A stretch of 64,000 nt of DNA. Origin: Octopus vulgaris (Eukaryota). The translations under genes and the position numbers were made by a program. The DNA lies in the NCBI GenBank assembly GCA_951406725.2, contig OX597828.1, positions 34,844,001 through 34,908,000 of the forward strand. Reading direction: 5' to 3'. Below the pieces are notes generated by a model. It was not told the origin of the DNA. It saw nothing but the letters and a program-made list of their open reading frames with translations, and did no database searches. This document shows, one piece after another, positions 47,456-61,229 of the stretch; within the stretch, counting starts at the first letter, position 1, and each line of letters opens with the position of its first letter.

Positions 47456-47866
47456 TACCCTGCAGTGGCTCTCATGGCTTCTGATTTTAAACCAGTTGAG
47501 CATGTCCCTTGGTGGTTGACGATGTGTACATCTCTGATCACAAGCAGAAGTAGTCGGGGAGCACCATAGCCATAAGTTGAGAGGAATTCTTTGGGGTCTG
47601 AATGAATCACCTCTGGAAACATGGGTGTTTCGTTCAACACTCTAGAACAATCTTTATTGAGGAACCTTTTGAGCGGAATGGGCTATCTACCTACCTGCAA
47701 GGTCATGCGCTGTTTATCTAGACATGAGATCACCATGGCGCGCACATATGGTTGTGATGCACGTGCCTGGTGTACCCATATCAGATGAGTAGTCATGATG
47801 GGTATATTAGGCTTCGTATATTTGTACCCCAGTGTCACTTTGATGGCATGCATTGCTCTCTCACTC

Positions 47867-47916
<50 letters not shown>

Positions 47917-47925
47917 TAATAATGA
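47456..47925 (+). mobile_element. Interspersed repeat family D, second copy
   Basis: Homologous to 3915-4388, with a short internal deletion. Confidence 0.8.
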
Positions 47926-47930
47926 TAAAT

Positions 47931-48200
47931 GTGGAGGCGCGCGGCTTAGTAGTTAGGGTGTCAGCACCATGATCGAAAGATTGTGGTTTCGATTCGTGGA
48001 CCGGGTGACGCGTTGTGTTCTTGAGCAAAACACTTCATTTCACGTTGCTCCAGTCCATTCAGCTAGCAAAAATGAGTAACGCTGCGATGGACTGGCGTCC
48101 CGTCCACCTGGGAAACGCATATACTATTGAAACCGGGAAACCGGGCCCATGACCCTGGCTAGGCTTTAAACGGTCGCATTTATTATTATTTTTTATTATT
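47931..48200 (+). mobile_element. tRNA-SINE, head type 2 + tail Z
   Basis: Same head and core as 39963, but tail ctgcgatggactggcgtcccgtcc..gaaaccggg..(tta)n. Confidence 0.82.
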
Positions 48201-48360
48201 AATAATGATAAATAAAATAAAGGGGAAAAACAAATACCACGTAGAGAAATAATATTAAAAGTCTGGAGAGAGACAGGGTGAATGTATAAGTAAGAGCAAG
48301 ATGGCGCCGGCTGAACGTATGGAAACCAGACTGAAAAGGCTGGTGTGGTGAAGTGAATGT

Positions 48361-48587
48361 GAGCTGGCAGAAACGTTAGCACGCCGGGTGAAATGCTTAG
48401 CTGTATTTCGTCTGCCGCTACGTTCTGAGTTCAAATTCCGCCGAGGTCGACTTTGCCTTTCATCCTTTCGGGGTCGATTAAATAAGTACCAGTTACGCAC
48501 TGGGGTCGATATAATCGACTTAATCCCTTTGTCTGTCCTTGTTTGTCCCCTCTATATTTAGCCCCTTGTGGGCAATAAAGAAATAAG
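48361..48587 (+). mobile_element. SINE family B copy
   Basis: Consensus match. Confidence 0.9.
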
Positions 48588-49047
48588 TTGTAGTTATGAT
48601 TTAAGTGAGATTTGGTAGTAGGTATTTTTAGCCGGTTGAAGGGCCACGCAGATGCCATCACATTGGTCGGAGTGGTGATGGAAAGATTGTTATTTGTGGT
48701 GATGTTAGTTTCTAATGGAGTCGTTGGCGTTTCTGTGTGTTGTGATTATTGGTCGATTTGGATGTCTGAATAGCTTCCTCCACCTTTTTTTTTTAGAGTT
48801 TCAAAAAGGTTGGTGAAAGGATCAGTGATGAGGCTACAATGTGAACGCCCTTTCTTGAGACCCCTTCATCGTAGATGATTCTGAGAGAGGAAAAGAAAGA
48901 GAGACACAGAGTGAGCGAGAGGGAGAAAGAGAGAGAGAGAGAGAAGTGTAGGTGTAAGCGAGAAAGACAGAGGAAGCGAAAGACACAAAGAGAAAGCGAG
49001 AGCTAGAGACAGCTAGAAAGAGAGAAAGGGAGGGAGAAAGATAGCTA

Positions 49048-49119
<72 letters not shown>

Positions 49120-50646
49120 GTGTAGGAGTAAGCGAGAAAGACAGAGTAAGCGAGAGCTAGAAAGAGAGAAAGGGCGCTAGAAACTAGAGGGAGAGAACGA
49201 GAGGGAGAGAGAGACGCAGACACACATAGACACACACAAAGAATGACAGAGACAGAAAGAGAAAGAGAGATGGGAAAATGGCCTCAATGCTTGACCAATG
49301 CAGTTTTAATTGACCCCCGAGGGTGCGGAAAGGCTACACCGAGATCGGCGGTGTTTTAATTTCAATGCAGATCGCCAGAACAAAACCGTTTGAACCTTGA
49401 CTCTTTCGGTCCTTTTCTACAGCTCGGACTTTTTCCCAAAGTGTTGTTCCAGTTTTAAGACAATGGGGCAATTTGAGGGAATTCGGTTGCTATTTCTAAC
49501 TAGCCAAGCAACTTACGTAGAGATGCCTTATCTAAATCGTGGTTACGCTGGTTGTCTAAATTGGCGCAATTGTTCGGTGTTGGAGTGGCGTCAGAAAATG
49601 GTGTTGGTGGAGATGGACGTGTGCTGCTGTGTTTTGTGCTGTTCTACTGCCAGTTATAATGTGCTTGATTTTGGAGAAGGTTTCTGTGTATGTTTGTGTG
49701 TACGTGTGTGTGTATGTGTGTGTGTGTGTGTCTATGTGTGTGTGTGTGTGTGTGTGTACACTGATATCTACACAGGTTATATGTGCACAATATGTGTTCG
49801 ATAATAATTTCAATTAGGGAAGGGCAAAAAAAAAAGAGAGGAAGAGAGAGAGACAGACAGACAGACAGACGATCAAACAGAGAGAGAGGGAGAGAGAGAG
49901 AGAAACTGAAATATGGGCGCAAGCGAAAATAATAATAATAATAATGATGTTGATGATGATGTTGACGATGATGATGAGGATGATGATGCTAGAGGAATTA
50001 GAAGAAAACGACTTTAGCATAAAATAAGAGAAATCTTGATGTCACGTAAAAACGTAGTATCTAAAAATAAATAAACAAATAAATATACAAATAAATAATA
50101 AACTAAGGGAGGGAGACAAAGGAAATTTGACAAAAGGGAGAAACGGAAGATAAATTGTTTAAAACGAATGATTCAACTATGATAAAGACAAAGATGGCGT
50201 CAACGTTGTAATGTAAGCTTCACTGACTTACAGTCGCCTAATCCAATAAGATCCGTAATTTTGTCAGTCCAATCAGATCTGTTAGAATATTATAATAGAA
50301 TTGCTAGTAAATGTTGTTGCTTTTGTTGTTGTTGTTGTTGTTCCTGTCGTTGTTTAAGTTTTCTACGAGCTTGGAGTTTCTACCAGTCCAATAAAATATG
50401 TGGGACTCCAAAAATAAAATAAATGTTCGTAGATGGCGTTAGATGTTGGCAGGGCACAGGCACAGGCGTAGCTGTGAGGTAAGAAGCTTGCTTTCCAACC
50501 ACATAGTTCGGGGTTCAGTCCGGCTGCGTGGAACCTTGGGCAAGTGTCTTCTACTTATAGCGCTGTACTGACCAAAGCTTCATGAATGAATTTGGTGGAT
50601 GACGGAAACTGAAAGAAGTCTGCCGCATATATATATATATATATAT

Positions 50647-50922
50647 GCCCAGTGGTTAGGGCAGCGGACTCTCGGTCGTAGGATCGTGGTTTCGATTCCC
50701 AGACCAGGCGTTGTGAGTGTTTATTGAGCGAAAACACCTAAAAGCTCCACGAAGCTCCGGCAGGGGGTGGTGATCCCTGCTGTACTCTTTCACCACTCTT
50801 TCTCCCACTCTTTCTTCTGTTGGCCTGCTCGCTTAGCCAGCGGGGTGGCGTCATTCGAAGGCTAAAACAATGCGAACGCATTGTGACCAGCGATGTGTAA
50901 CTACATCTGATGGACTGGTCAG
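50647..50922 (+). mobile_element. tRNA-SINE, head type 1 + RTE-associated tail X
   Basis: 50837-50920 matches 26817-26900 (4 mismatches in 84 by eye). Confidence 0.88.
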
Positions 50923-50935
50923 GAAAAAATGGTAA

Positions 50936-50981
<46 letters not shown>

Positions 50982-51240
50982 TGGAACTGCTAGAAATTTT
51001 CAATTCTAACCGTTTACTGCCTTAAAAAATACGAGCAAATTGGACAACGCTCATAGCTGTTCTTCTTGTTGATATATAAATAATAATATAAAGTAGTCAT
51101 TAATAAATGGTGTTTGGTGCTATCTTAGTAAACAGAGTATCGTTAGATTGTTGTTCTTACAGGTCCAATATGATGTTTAAATACTATAAAACAGCCATAA
51201 TTAGGCTCTGATTTTGTATGTAAAATACAACTTATATTTA

Positions 51241-51667
<427 letters not shown>

Positions 51668-51789
51668 AACTTATATTTAGTTCCTGTCAATATCTTGTAG
51701 ATAAACATGGAATAATACATACAGTATGATAAGCCTGCACTTTCTATTAGTTTAATTAGATATTTCAAAATTTTTTTTTACTTATTTTG

Positions 51790-52610
51790 GATCAGGGCCA
51801 GCAATTCCGAGGGTCGATTGTAGCGACCGTAATGCTCAGCTGGTACATCCGAAAGGAGGAAAGGCAATGTCGAACTCGGTGGAATTTGAAATCAGTACGG
51901 AAAGACGGACGAAATACCGCTTAGCATTTCGCTCGGTTTGCTTTGATATAAACATCGGTTTTCCAGGCGAAATGCTTAAGGGTATTTCGTCTGTCTTTAC
52001 GTTCTGAGTTCAAATTCCGCCGAGGTCGACTCTGCCTTTTATCCTTTCGAGGTGGCGGGGGGCGATAAAGTAAGTACCAGTTGAGTACTGGGGTCGATCT
52101 AATCGACAGGCCCCCTCCCCCAAAATTTCGGGCCTCGTGCCTAGAGTAGAAAAGAATATAACATCGGTTTCAGATTTTGGCACAAGGCCAGCATTTTCGG
52201 GGAAGCGGGTAAGACGATTAGATCGACCCCTCAGTGATCAACTGGAACTTAGTTTATCGACCCCGAAAGGATGAAAGGCAAAGTCAACTTCGGTGGGATT
52301 TGAACTTGGAACGTAAAGATGGACAAAATGCCGCTAAGCATTTTGTCCGGCGAGCTAACGGCAGTTTGATATAATATTGCAAAGCAACACAGGCAAATAT
52401 CTGGCAGAATTATTAGAATCTTGGTTAAAATGCATTGTGATGTTTGTTCTAAACTTTTATGTTCTGAGTTCAAATCCCACCGGGATTACCTTTACCTTTT
52501 ATCCTCCTCGGGTCGATAAAACAAAATACATACCAAGCACTGGGATCGATGATATCGTCTAATTCTCTTCCCCCGAAATTGCAGGCCTTGTGCCTAAATT
52601 AGAAACCGTT
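51790..52610. mobile_element. Cluster of four alternating-orientation SINE family B copies
   Basis: - ~51790-51940, + ~51964-52160, - ~52170-52360, + ~52400-52610. Confidence 0.8.
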
Positions 52611-53049
52611 ATGAAACAGCCAATGGTAAGCGCTGTGTTTTCGCTGTTAGGTTATTTGTATAAAACATCGCAAGGAGTGGCTGTGTGGTAAGAAGCTTGT
52701 AAAAGTAAGAGGAAGGGTGCCTCATATTGAAAGGGCATATGGCACACTAGAAGAAAATTGCAAGAGGCCAAGTGCCTCATCTCAAGGACATAGTGTCATT
52801 TGAAGCAAGAGGCCTAGTGCCTTATTGTAAGGACCTTGAGTTCAAAAGAAATATTGGTAAGAGGTTTATTGCCTCAAATTGTAAGATCACAAAAGAACAA
52901 TGTTTTAGAGAAGTAAAGATCGGCGGGCGCCTTTTGCCTTCTCTCATTAATATCATCCTGTTCATCATTCATCTTATCTCATGAATGTCTTTGTCCATCC
53001 CGTAGCTTCTCCCTCTGTGTACGGCTTTCATAACCAATTTAATGAAATA

Positions 53050-53212
53050 AAGAAGCTTGCTTCCCAACCACATGGTTCTGGATTCAGTCCCTCTGCATGG
53101 CACCTTGAGCATGTGTCTTCTACTATAACCTTGCGCCGACCAAAACATTGTGAGTGGATTTGGTAGATGGAAACTGAAAGAAGCCCGTCGTATATATATG
53201 TATATATACATA

Positions 53213-53300
<88 letters not shown>

Positions 53301-53394
53301 TAATCCAAACATGAAAACACAAAGAGAAAACACAACAACGCGAGGACGTGGAACAAATATAGTATTATTGGACGCTCAGGAAAGAAGGAAAGAA

Positions 53395-53425
<31 letters not shown>

Positions 53426-53630
53426 TGCATATATATTTGTGTGTCTGTGTTTGTCCCTCCACCATCGCTTGATAGCCGATGTTGGTGTGTTTACCTCCCT
53501 GTAACCTAGTGGTTTGGCAAAGAGACAGATAGAATTAGTACTAGGCTTGCAAAGAATAAGTCCTCGGTGCTCCAGTATGGCCGCAGTCAAATGAATGAAA
53601 CAATTTAAGGAATAAAAGAATTAAAAGAGT
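53050..53630 (+). mobile_element. SINE family A copy with a pLTR-like fragment in its internal (TA)n
   Basis: Head ~53050, foreign insert ~53296-53395, tail to ~53630. Confidence 0.75.
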
Positions 53631-53762
53631 ATATATGAACATACATGCATACAAACAAGCAAACATACCCACAACTGGATATTATGCGCGTGCGCGGTAT
53701 TTGGGCGTGGGGCGTTTCTTTCTCTGTTTCTCTCTGTCGCACACACACAAAACACACACACA

Positions 53763-53812
<50 letters not shown>

Positions 53813-54212
53813 TACATACATACACAATGCAGTAACTTGTTTGGCGCGGGCGGAGAGAGGACCAGCTGCAGGTGGATGCTTGATTGTTGCTCATCGGGCC
53901 TTTTGTCATCTTTTGTCGCAATCATAACCGGGGTAGAAGAGGTAGAAGTAGTGAAGCTGTACACATGATTAAACACCCTTCACCCACCCCCAACCCCACC
54001 ATCACCGCCACCCTCACCGTCATTCCCACCCACCCCACCACCCAACGTCAAGGAAAAAAGTACAAAAAAACTAAAAAACAAAAACACAACCAACCGTTGT
54101 CCCTGATCATAATTTGTCATTTCATTTGATTATGTTTTCTCATCCCTTTTGTTCTAATTTGTAGACAAAAGGAAAACAAGCGAAGCATGTTTTGTTTTTG
54201 TTTTTTATTGTA

Positions 54213-54810
54213 CAGTAATCCTTTGCCGTATCGCGGTTCACATATCGCGGTTTATTATTTAAGCTTACGTCGATTCCTCCGCGGTGTTGGTTTACATTTA
54301 TAATAAAACTAGCAGTATCGCCCGGCGTTGCTCAGGTTTGTAAGGGAAATAACTATAAAGCATTTTTAGAGAGTTATAGCCCAAAAATAGCAAAAAAATT
54401 GGGAAAAAATGATGGTAAATTTTTTTGAGAGTAAAAAAAGGTGGAGTTGCGTCCCCTAGACAGTTTGCGGTTTGTGTTTCTGATTCTCGACCCCATGTCG
54501 AATTTCTCGATATTGTTCAGAACTGGGGAACTTTTCAAAATTTTCGCTGCGTTAGTTTTGAATTATGACATTGGGCTATGTGTGTGTCAAGTTTCATCAG
54601 AATCGGTTGAAAGCCGTGGTCAGGGTGAGGGTACAAGCAAACAGACACACAGAAACACGCACAGACAAACTGCCGTTTATATAGAGAGAGATAAATATAT
54701 ATGAATTATAAAAATAATAATTAAAAAAATACAGCACTGTTTCTACTTCGCAGATTTTCATCCATCGCGGGGTTTGGAACGTAACATCCGCGATTGTCGA
54801 TGGATTGCAG
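54213..54810. mobile_element. Tigger/pogo-like MITE (interrupted by Helitron)
   Basis: TA|cagtaatcc ... ggattgcag|TA degenerate TIRs with TA duplication; repeated atcgcgg sub-terminal motifs. Confidence 0.6.
54309..54691 (-). mobile_element. Non-autonomous Helitron-type element
   Basis: Minus strand starts A|TC and ends CTAG|T, with a sub-terminal GC-rich hairpin (cccggcgttgctcagg on +). No TSD; inserted between A and T. Confidence 0.7.
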
Positions 54811-55124
54811 TATATTTGTTTAACAGAGGTGGGCCTAGATAATTATGAGGCCCTTTCTTCTTCGGCCAAACCGTCATCAACTTTTTTTCAGGTTCCATTT
54901 GGATGGGGAAACGTGGGTGGAGAGTGAGGTGCTGTCTCCCAGTAAATTTGTCGAAAGGTGAGTGAATGTGGAGAAAATGGCTCTACGACTAAATACGTCT
55001 TCTCTAAGCTTGCGCCAGTCGGCTGAAATTTACGGAGGAGAGAGGAGGACTTACCAATAGTGTAGGCAGGTTCTAAAGTTCTAAAGTTCGGGGCTACGTG
55101 TACATAAAAAAAGGGGCCTGTGAT

Positions 55125-55585
55125 GCATTCTTTTATTCTTTTATTTGCTTTGGTCAGTTGACTGCGGCCATTATGGAGCATTGCCTTGAAGTGTTCTGGT
55201 CGAACAAATTGACTCCAGGACTTATTTTTTAAGCCTAGTACTTATTTCATTAGTATCTTTTGCCGAACCGCAAAGTTACGGGAACATAAACACACCGCTA
55301 AGGTACGGGGACGTGAACCAACCAAGACCGGTTATCAAGCGGTGCTGGGGAAGAAATACAAAGAAACACACACACACACACACACAAAATACACGCACAC
55401 ACAAACACACACACATATACATATATATACGACAGGCTTCTTTCAGTTTCATTTTACCAAATCCATTCACGAGGCTTTGGTCGGGCCGAGGCTACGGTAG
55501 AAGAAGCATTCCACGCAATGAGACTGAAACCTGAACCATGAGACCAAGAAGCAAGCTTCTTACCACACAGCCACCCCTGCGCCTA
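55125..55585 (-). mobile_element. SINE family A copy
   Basis: Reverse-complement match; short internal duplication. Confidence 0.82.
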
Positions 55586-56150
55586 TACCAAACAATTTTT
55601 AACTGATTTCTCTAACATTACGCGAAATATTTCATTAGTTATAATATACGTTAATATTTTGTACGTTAATTAATTTCATGTTTTAGTAACACTGAAAATA
55701 CTACTTACCATGGCGCACCCGGTGAGCAGGGCGAGTCGGGTTCCTTAATAGCCTCTGGGTGGCGCTCCTCACCTATTGGCGAATTTCATTGTTTATAATT
55801 TTATTGCCAATTATTGTTGTTTTTTTTTTACTGTTTCCACGCGTCTTTTGCAAATCTTCGCAGTCCTTTGGTTTGTATTTTCCGTTTATTTTGTGCGCAG
55901 CCCACGTGACCACGTCTTTGTTTTTCATCTTTTTGAGATCGATGAAATAAGTACCAGTTGAACACTGGGATCAATGTATTCGAGCTAGTCCCCACCCTCC
56001 TCTCAAAATTTCAGGCCTTGTACTGGCAGGATCGTCAGCACGCCGGACAAAATACTTAGTGGCATTTAATCCGTTTTCATGTTCTGAGTTCAAATTCTTT
56101 GTGTTTCATCCTTTCGACGTCGATGAAAGAAGTACCAGTAGAATCCTGGG

Positions 56151-56339
56151 CAGCGGCGGACCGAAGGGGGTGTGGTGGGGTCGGAGTTGGGGGCTGAGGG
56201 GCATATGCCCCACCCCCTCCTCCCACCAACAAAAGAAGTGTGCCCTTCTAAATAATGTTATTATACCTTTTTACTCCTGGAATTATATTTTCTTCTGACC
56301 ATGTGCCATCCCTTCGAAAAATTCCTGGGACCGTGCCTG
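56151..56339. mobile_element. Possible hAT-type MITE interrupting a SINE B copy
   Basis: Ends cagcggcggacc / gggaccgtgcctg; SINE B sequence resumes on both sides; no clean TSD. Confidence 0.35.
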
Positions 56340-56414
56340 TTGGAGTCTATGTATTCGAGTTATCCGCCTCCTCGAAAGTACGGACCTTGGACCAAAATTT
56401 GAAACCATTATAAC

Positions 56415-56450
<36 letters not shown>

Positions 56451-56494
56451 CATCATCATCATCATCGTCATCATCATCACCATTATTATTATTA

Positions 56495-56571
<77 letters not shown>

Positions 56572-57681
56572 ATTAGCAAGCCCCCAAAATCTCTCCATTT
56601 GTTTAACAATTGATATGAAACTAGCCTTAGAGGATAACGGGAGCCATTTAAGTTACATTCAAGGTTCGATTCTTTTGTGTTTCCCATAGAAAAGAAGGGG
56701 GTGGTGGCGCTGGTGACGTTATTGGTGGTGAACTGGGAGTTGAAGAAGAAAGAAAGAAACGAAGAAAGAAGGAAATAAACAAAGAATGAGAGAAAGGTAG
56801 AGGGACAGAGGTGTGTCGTGACTCATGCATGTTATGGTCGACTTATGTTATCAATAAAAGACGCATGCGCATCTTAGGACATTGGGGTGGTTTGTTGTTA
56901 CCTTTTTTTTCCCTTTTTTATCTTTAATTTTTTTTTCTCTCATTTTATTCTTGTTTGTATTTTATTTATTGTTTGGTGTGTAACCTTCATGAAGTGGTTT
57001 TGTCACTTTGACCTTGAGTGTACGTAATTTCAACTCTGTCAGGTCACCATCGTCATCATCAGTCATCAGTCATCATCATCATCATCATAATCATCATGAT
57101 CATCATCATATGCAGCAGCTGCAATGCCACAACCACAATCATAATCGTTGTCGTCGTTCTCCTCCTCCTCCTCCTCATTTTCCCTCTCCCTCCTCATTCC
57201 TCCTCCTCGTCATCCTCATCCTCCTCCTCCTCCTCATTCTTCCTCTTCCTCCTTCTTCTCTTCCTCATCCTCTTTTTCCTCCTCTTCCACCTCCACATCC
57301 TCTTCCGCCTCCTCCTTCTTCTCCCCACCTTCTCATTCTTCTTTTTCTTCACTTTCTCCTCCTCCACCTCATTATCATCATCATTCTTCTTCTTCTTCTT
57401 CTTCTTCTTCTTCTTCTTCTTCTTCTTCTTCTTCTTCTTCTTTTTCTTTACCTTCTCCTCCGCCTTCTCCTTCTCCTCTTCGTCTCCTAATCATCGGCAT
57501 TATCATCATCATCATCATGCACATAGTATAACCACCGCCCATCTTCGTCATCATCATCATCCCCTCTACACCACCACCACCACCACCACCACAACCACCA
57601 CCGCCATTTTCTCAATCATCATCATCATGATATCATTACCATCACCACGTTCATCTCAACAACGAACACCATCACCGCCAC

Positions 57682-57738
<57 letters not shown>

Positions 57739-58370
57739 ACTGCATAACAAAATACAAAAACGAAGGAAAAAAAAAGGAGAAACCTAAAGCTCTTTGACAA
57801 TTGGAAATTCGCAGAATAGAAATAAATGTAGATGATGTTTATTATGGTAGTTGTTGTTGTTGTTGTTGTTGTGCTTGAATAAATGAAGCAAATTCATCAC
57901 AGAATTAACAGCTGCAAGGCTAAAACGAACGTGGCTTAAGTATTGCTGTTTCTGCTCCAACCTACAACTGCTGCCGTTGTTGTTGTTGTTGTTGTATTGA
58001 GAAGACGTAGAGTAAAATAACCTTTAACAAACTATAATACAAGACTTCAGATGATTCATTCTGTAAAATACAGCAACAGCAACAACAACAACAGCAACAA
58101 CAAATACAAATATCTACAGAATAAAGAATTAACAACAAAAAAATGCCCTCACCTTACTCTTCCCCCTCCTCCTCCTCTAACACTAACGCTCAATTGCCAA
58201 TATGTTGGAGAGGCAGTCGTTGTTATTGTACTTGCAGTTGTTGCATAGCCTCCAGGTCAAGTCAAGCTTGATCTAGCAGACACAGGATTAAAGTGTTCTC
58301 GTCAGGACCATCCCATTTTCATCTTCCTTGTACTCAATCGTAGTCTGTCTATCCATTCAGCCATCCACCC

Positions 58371-58413
<43 letters not shown>

Positions 58414-58468
58414 CATCCATCCATCCATCCATCCATCCATCCATCCATCCACCTACCTACCTACCTAC

Positions 58469-58513
<45 letters not shown>

Positions 58514-58572
58514 CATCCATCCATCCATCCATCCATCCATCCATCCATCCATCCACCCACCCACCCACCCAC

Positions 58573-58641
<69 letters not shown>

Positions 58642-58685
58642 CATCCATCCATCCATCCATCCATCCATCCATCTATCTATCTATA

Positions 58686-58720
<35 letters not shown>

Positions 58721-58734
58721 AATTTGTCTCTCTG

Positions 58735-58773
<39 letters not shown>

Positions 58774-58859
58774 ATCAATGACATATTCCAGTGTGATGTT
58801 CCTTTACCAAGGCGGTCCAAACATGGCCGTGTCGGGTTTCTTTCAATTTCGTTTTTGTT

Positions 58860-59420
58860 GCTTTTTATATCTTTTATCTGTTATTTGTGTCAGCCATTGG
58901 ACTGTGGTCATGCTGGGGCACCGCCTTTAAGGGTTAGGGCTAGTGGAACAAAGGGACCCTCGTACTTATCATGCTTCCAAAGTCTGCTACTTATCCTACC
59001 GTTTTCCTTTGCTCAACCACTCAGTGATGGGGACATAAACAAACTGAACCACATAGTTCCAGGCTCAGTCCCACTGCTTGGCACCTTGCGCAAGTCTCTT
59101 CTACTATAGCCTCGGTCCGATCAAAGCCTTCTGAGTGGATTTGGTAGACGGAAACTGAAAGAAGCCCGTCGTATATGTTTATATATATATATATATATAA
59201 ATATATGTGTGTGTGCGTGTGTTTGTACCCCCAACATTGCTTAACAATCGGTGTTGGTGTGTTTATGTCCCCGTAACTTAGCGGTTCGGCAAAAGTTATC
59301 GTTAGAATAAGTACTAGGCTTACAAAGAATAAGTCCTGGAGTCGATTTGTTCGACTAAAAGCGGTGCTCCAGCATGGCCGCAGTCAAATGACTGAAACAA
59401 ATAAATGAATAAAAGAATAA
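58860..59420. mobile_element. SINE family A: minus 3' half (~58860-59040) next to plus copy (~59045-59420)
   Basis: Both match the family consensus in opposite orientations. Confidence 0.8.
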
Positions 59421-59550
59421 ATATAAATATATAGATTTTCGAGGATTTGTTAACCTCACGAAGGGATGGGTGATTCCAAAGTGATACCGGTTCAATACCT
59501 GGTATTGTTGGGGAATGAAATTTCCTTAAAACAATAAGTATATATTAAGC

Positions 59551-59967
59551 ATATAGTTTGTATCCAGTTGAAAGAAGAAAAGGAAATGGAGATAAGGAAG
59601 TTAACAATTATTTATTATTAATAAATTGGTCATCTTCGCATCTTACAGCCGTTTCAAGTAATACTCAATAATTCAATCACAAATTTGTATTGAGATGTTA
59701 TATATGGACCTATCAATTCGTTTCAGCAGTCTGTGTCCGCTAAAATGTATTCATTGATGCACATATAACATCCAAAGGTACATCTTTGTTGCCTCTGATG
59801 AAATTATGCTCATGTAACATAAATGCAAATTTAATGTACAAATTTGTTATTGAATTATTGAGTATTAATTGAAACGGCTGTAAGAAGCGAAGATAACAAA
59901 TTTGTTAATAACAAATAATTGTTAATTTCCTTATTTCCATTTTCTTTTCTTCTTTTAACTGGATATA

Positions 59968-59975
<8 letters not shown>
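59551..59975 (+). mobile_element. Foldback PLE-type pLTR element with hammerhead
   Basis: ~139-bp imperfect inverted arms at 59551-59689 and 59837-59975, with an HHR overlapping the right arm. Ends in (TA)n. Confidence 0.75.
59781..59894 (+). ncRNA. Type I hammerhead ribozyme with long stem II
   Basis: CTGATGA 59795-59801; stem II aattatgctca / tgagtattaatt; GAAA 59871-59874; near-palindromic stem III acggctgt; GUA triplet; imperfect stem I catctttg.. / ..cgaagat. Confidence 0.7.
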
Positions 59976-60025
<50 letters not shown>

Positions 60026-60028
<3 letters not shown>

Positions 60029-60212
60029 AATTCACACAAAAAGAGATGAAGACAGGTGGTGTAGACAACAAACAGACGTATTAGTTAAACGCTCGGGAAG
60101 TGAAAAAGTTTTTAACGTTTCGAGCCTACGCCCTTCGACAGAGAAGAACATAGAAAGAAACAAGGAGAGAAAATAAAGAACGTGTAGTGGCTAGCGATCT
60201 ATCATGGCGAAT
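60026..60212 (-). mobile_element. Short pLTR-like fragment with variant hammerhead motif (~60108-60149)
   Basis: Minus strand reads CTGTCGA-a-gggc-gtag-gctc-GAAA-cg-TT. It is inserted in a (TA)n tract. A related fragment lies at ~53296-53395. Confidence 0.55.
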
Positions 60213-60272
60213 ATATACATACATACATTTATATATACATACATACATTTATATATACATATATACATATAT

Positions 60273-61229
60273 TTCTTAGACGTTTCCTTAGATCTTAATA
60301 ATAATATTTATAAGCCTTATAGGAAGCCCAATGATAGACTAAGTTATATTAATGTAGGTTCATGCCATCCCCCTATAGTATTCAAAAATTTAGTTTAAAA
60401 TATTAGTAAGAGGATTTCTAGCCTCTCATCTAATGAGGACATCTTCAATAGCGTTGCCCCAGTTTATAATAAAGCTTTAAAAGATAGTGGTTTTAGCGAA
60501 AAAATAAAATATACACCTATCACCAGCCCAACAGTAAGGAAAAGGAATAATAGAAATAGGAAGGTCATCTGGTTTACGCCCCCTTACTCACCCGAGGTGG
60601 CCTTCAATATAGGTAAATATTTCCTAGCACTGATAGATAGACATTTTCCAGTTAACCATGCTTATAGGAAACTCTTCAATAGACACAATTTAAAAATTAG
60701 TTTTAGTTCAACTACCAATTTTAAAAACATAATCAATCATAACATACAAAAAACACAAGAAGAAAACAGCTGTTCATGCAGGAATAAAGAATTGTGCCCG
60801 CTAAATGGAGCTTGCATGTCCAAGACCATCATATATGAAGCTACCGTCAACTCTATAACCACTAAAGACACCGTTTCGACGAAGAAATACGTGGGCCTGA
60901 CAGAGGGTAATTTCAAGGCCAGGTTCAATAACCACACTTTGAGCTTTAGGCACTGGAACAAAAGAAAAGCGACACAATTATCCAATCATATTTGGTCTTT
61001 AAGAGATAAAGGTGTCGATTATAACATACAATGGAAGATTTTGGCCAGATGTAAGCCCTATACTAACGGCAGCGGAAGGTGCGGTTTATGCGACATGGAG
61101 AGATGGCTTATCTGGAAAAGCAGCTTAGACCCTACCACATGTCTAAATACAAGGACAGAGCTTTTCGGATCATGCCCACATGTGACTAAATTTCTGTTAC
61201 GTTTTTGGTCCCCTAAAGAAAACGGATAG
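60273..61229 (+). pseudogene. PLE RT-GIY-YIG ORF remnant with one in-frame TAA (60396-60398)
   Basis: ORFs 60204-60398 and 60597-61229 are in the same frame. The intervening 66 codons translate without stops (NISKRISSLSSNEDIFN..YNKALKDSGF). Confidence 0.88.

Noticed and set aside
57008-57797. His/Ser/Pro-rich ORFs
   Set aside because: Low-complexity artefact, open in three frames.
58924-58942. TTAGGG-like telomeric motif
   Set aside because: Only one perfect unit, inside a decayed SINE.
60396-60398. In-frame stop as possible selenocysteine recoding (reported for some Naiad PLEs)
   Set aside because: The codon is TAA, not TGA; most likely a disabling mutation.
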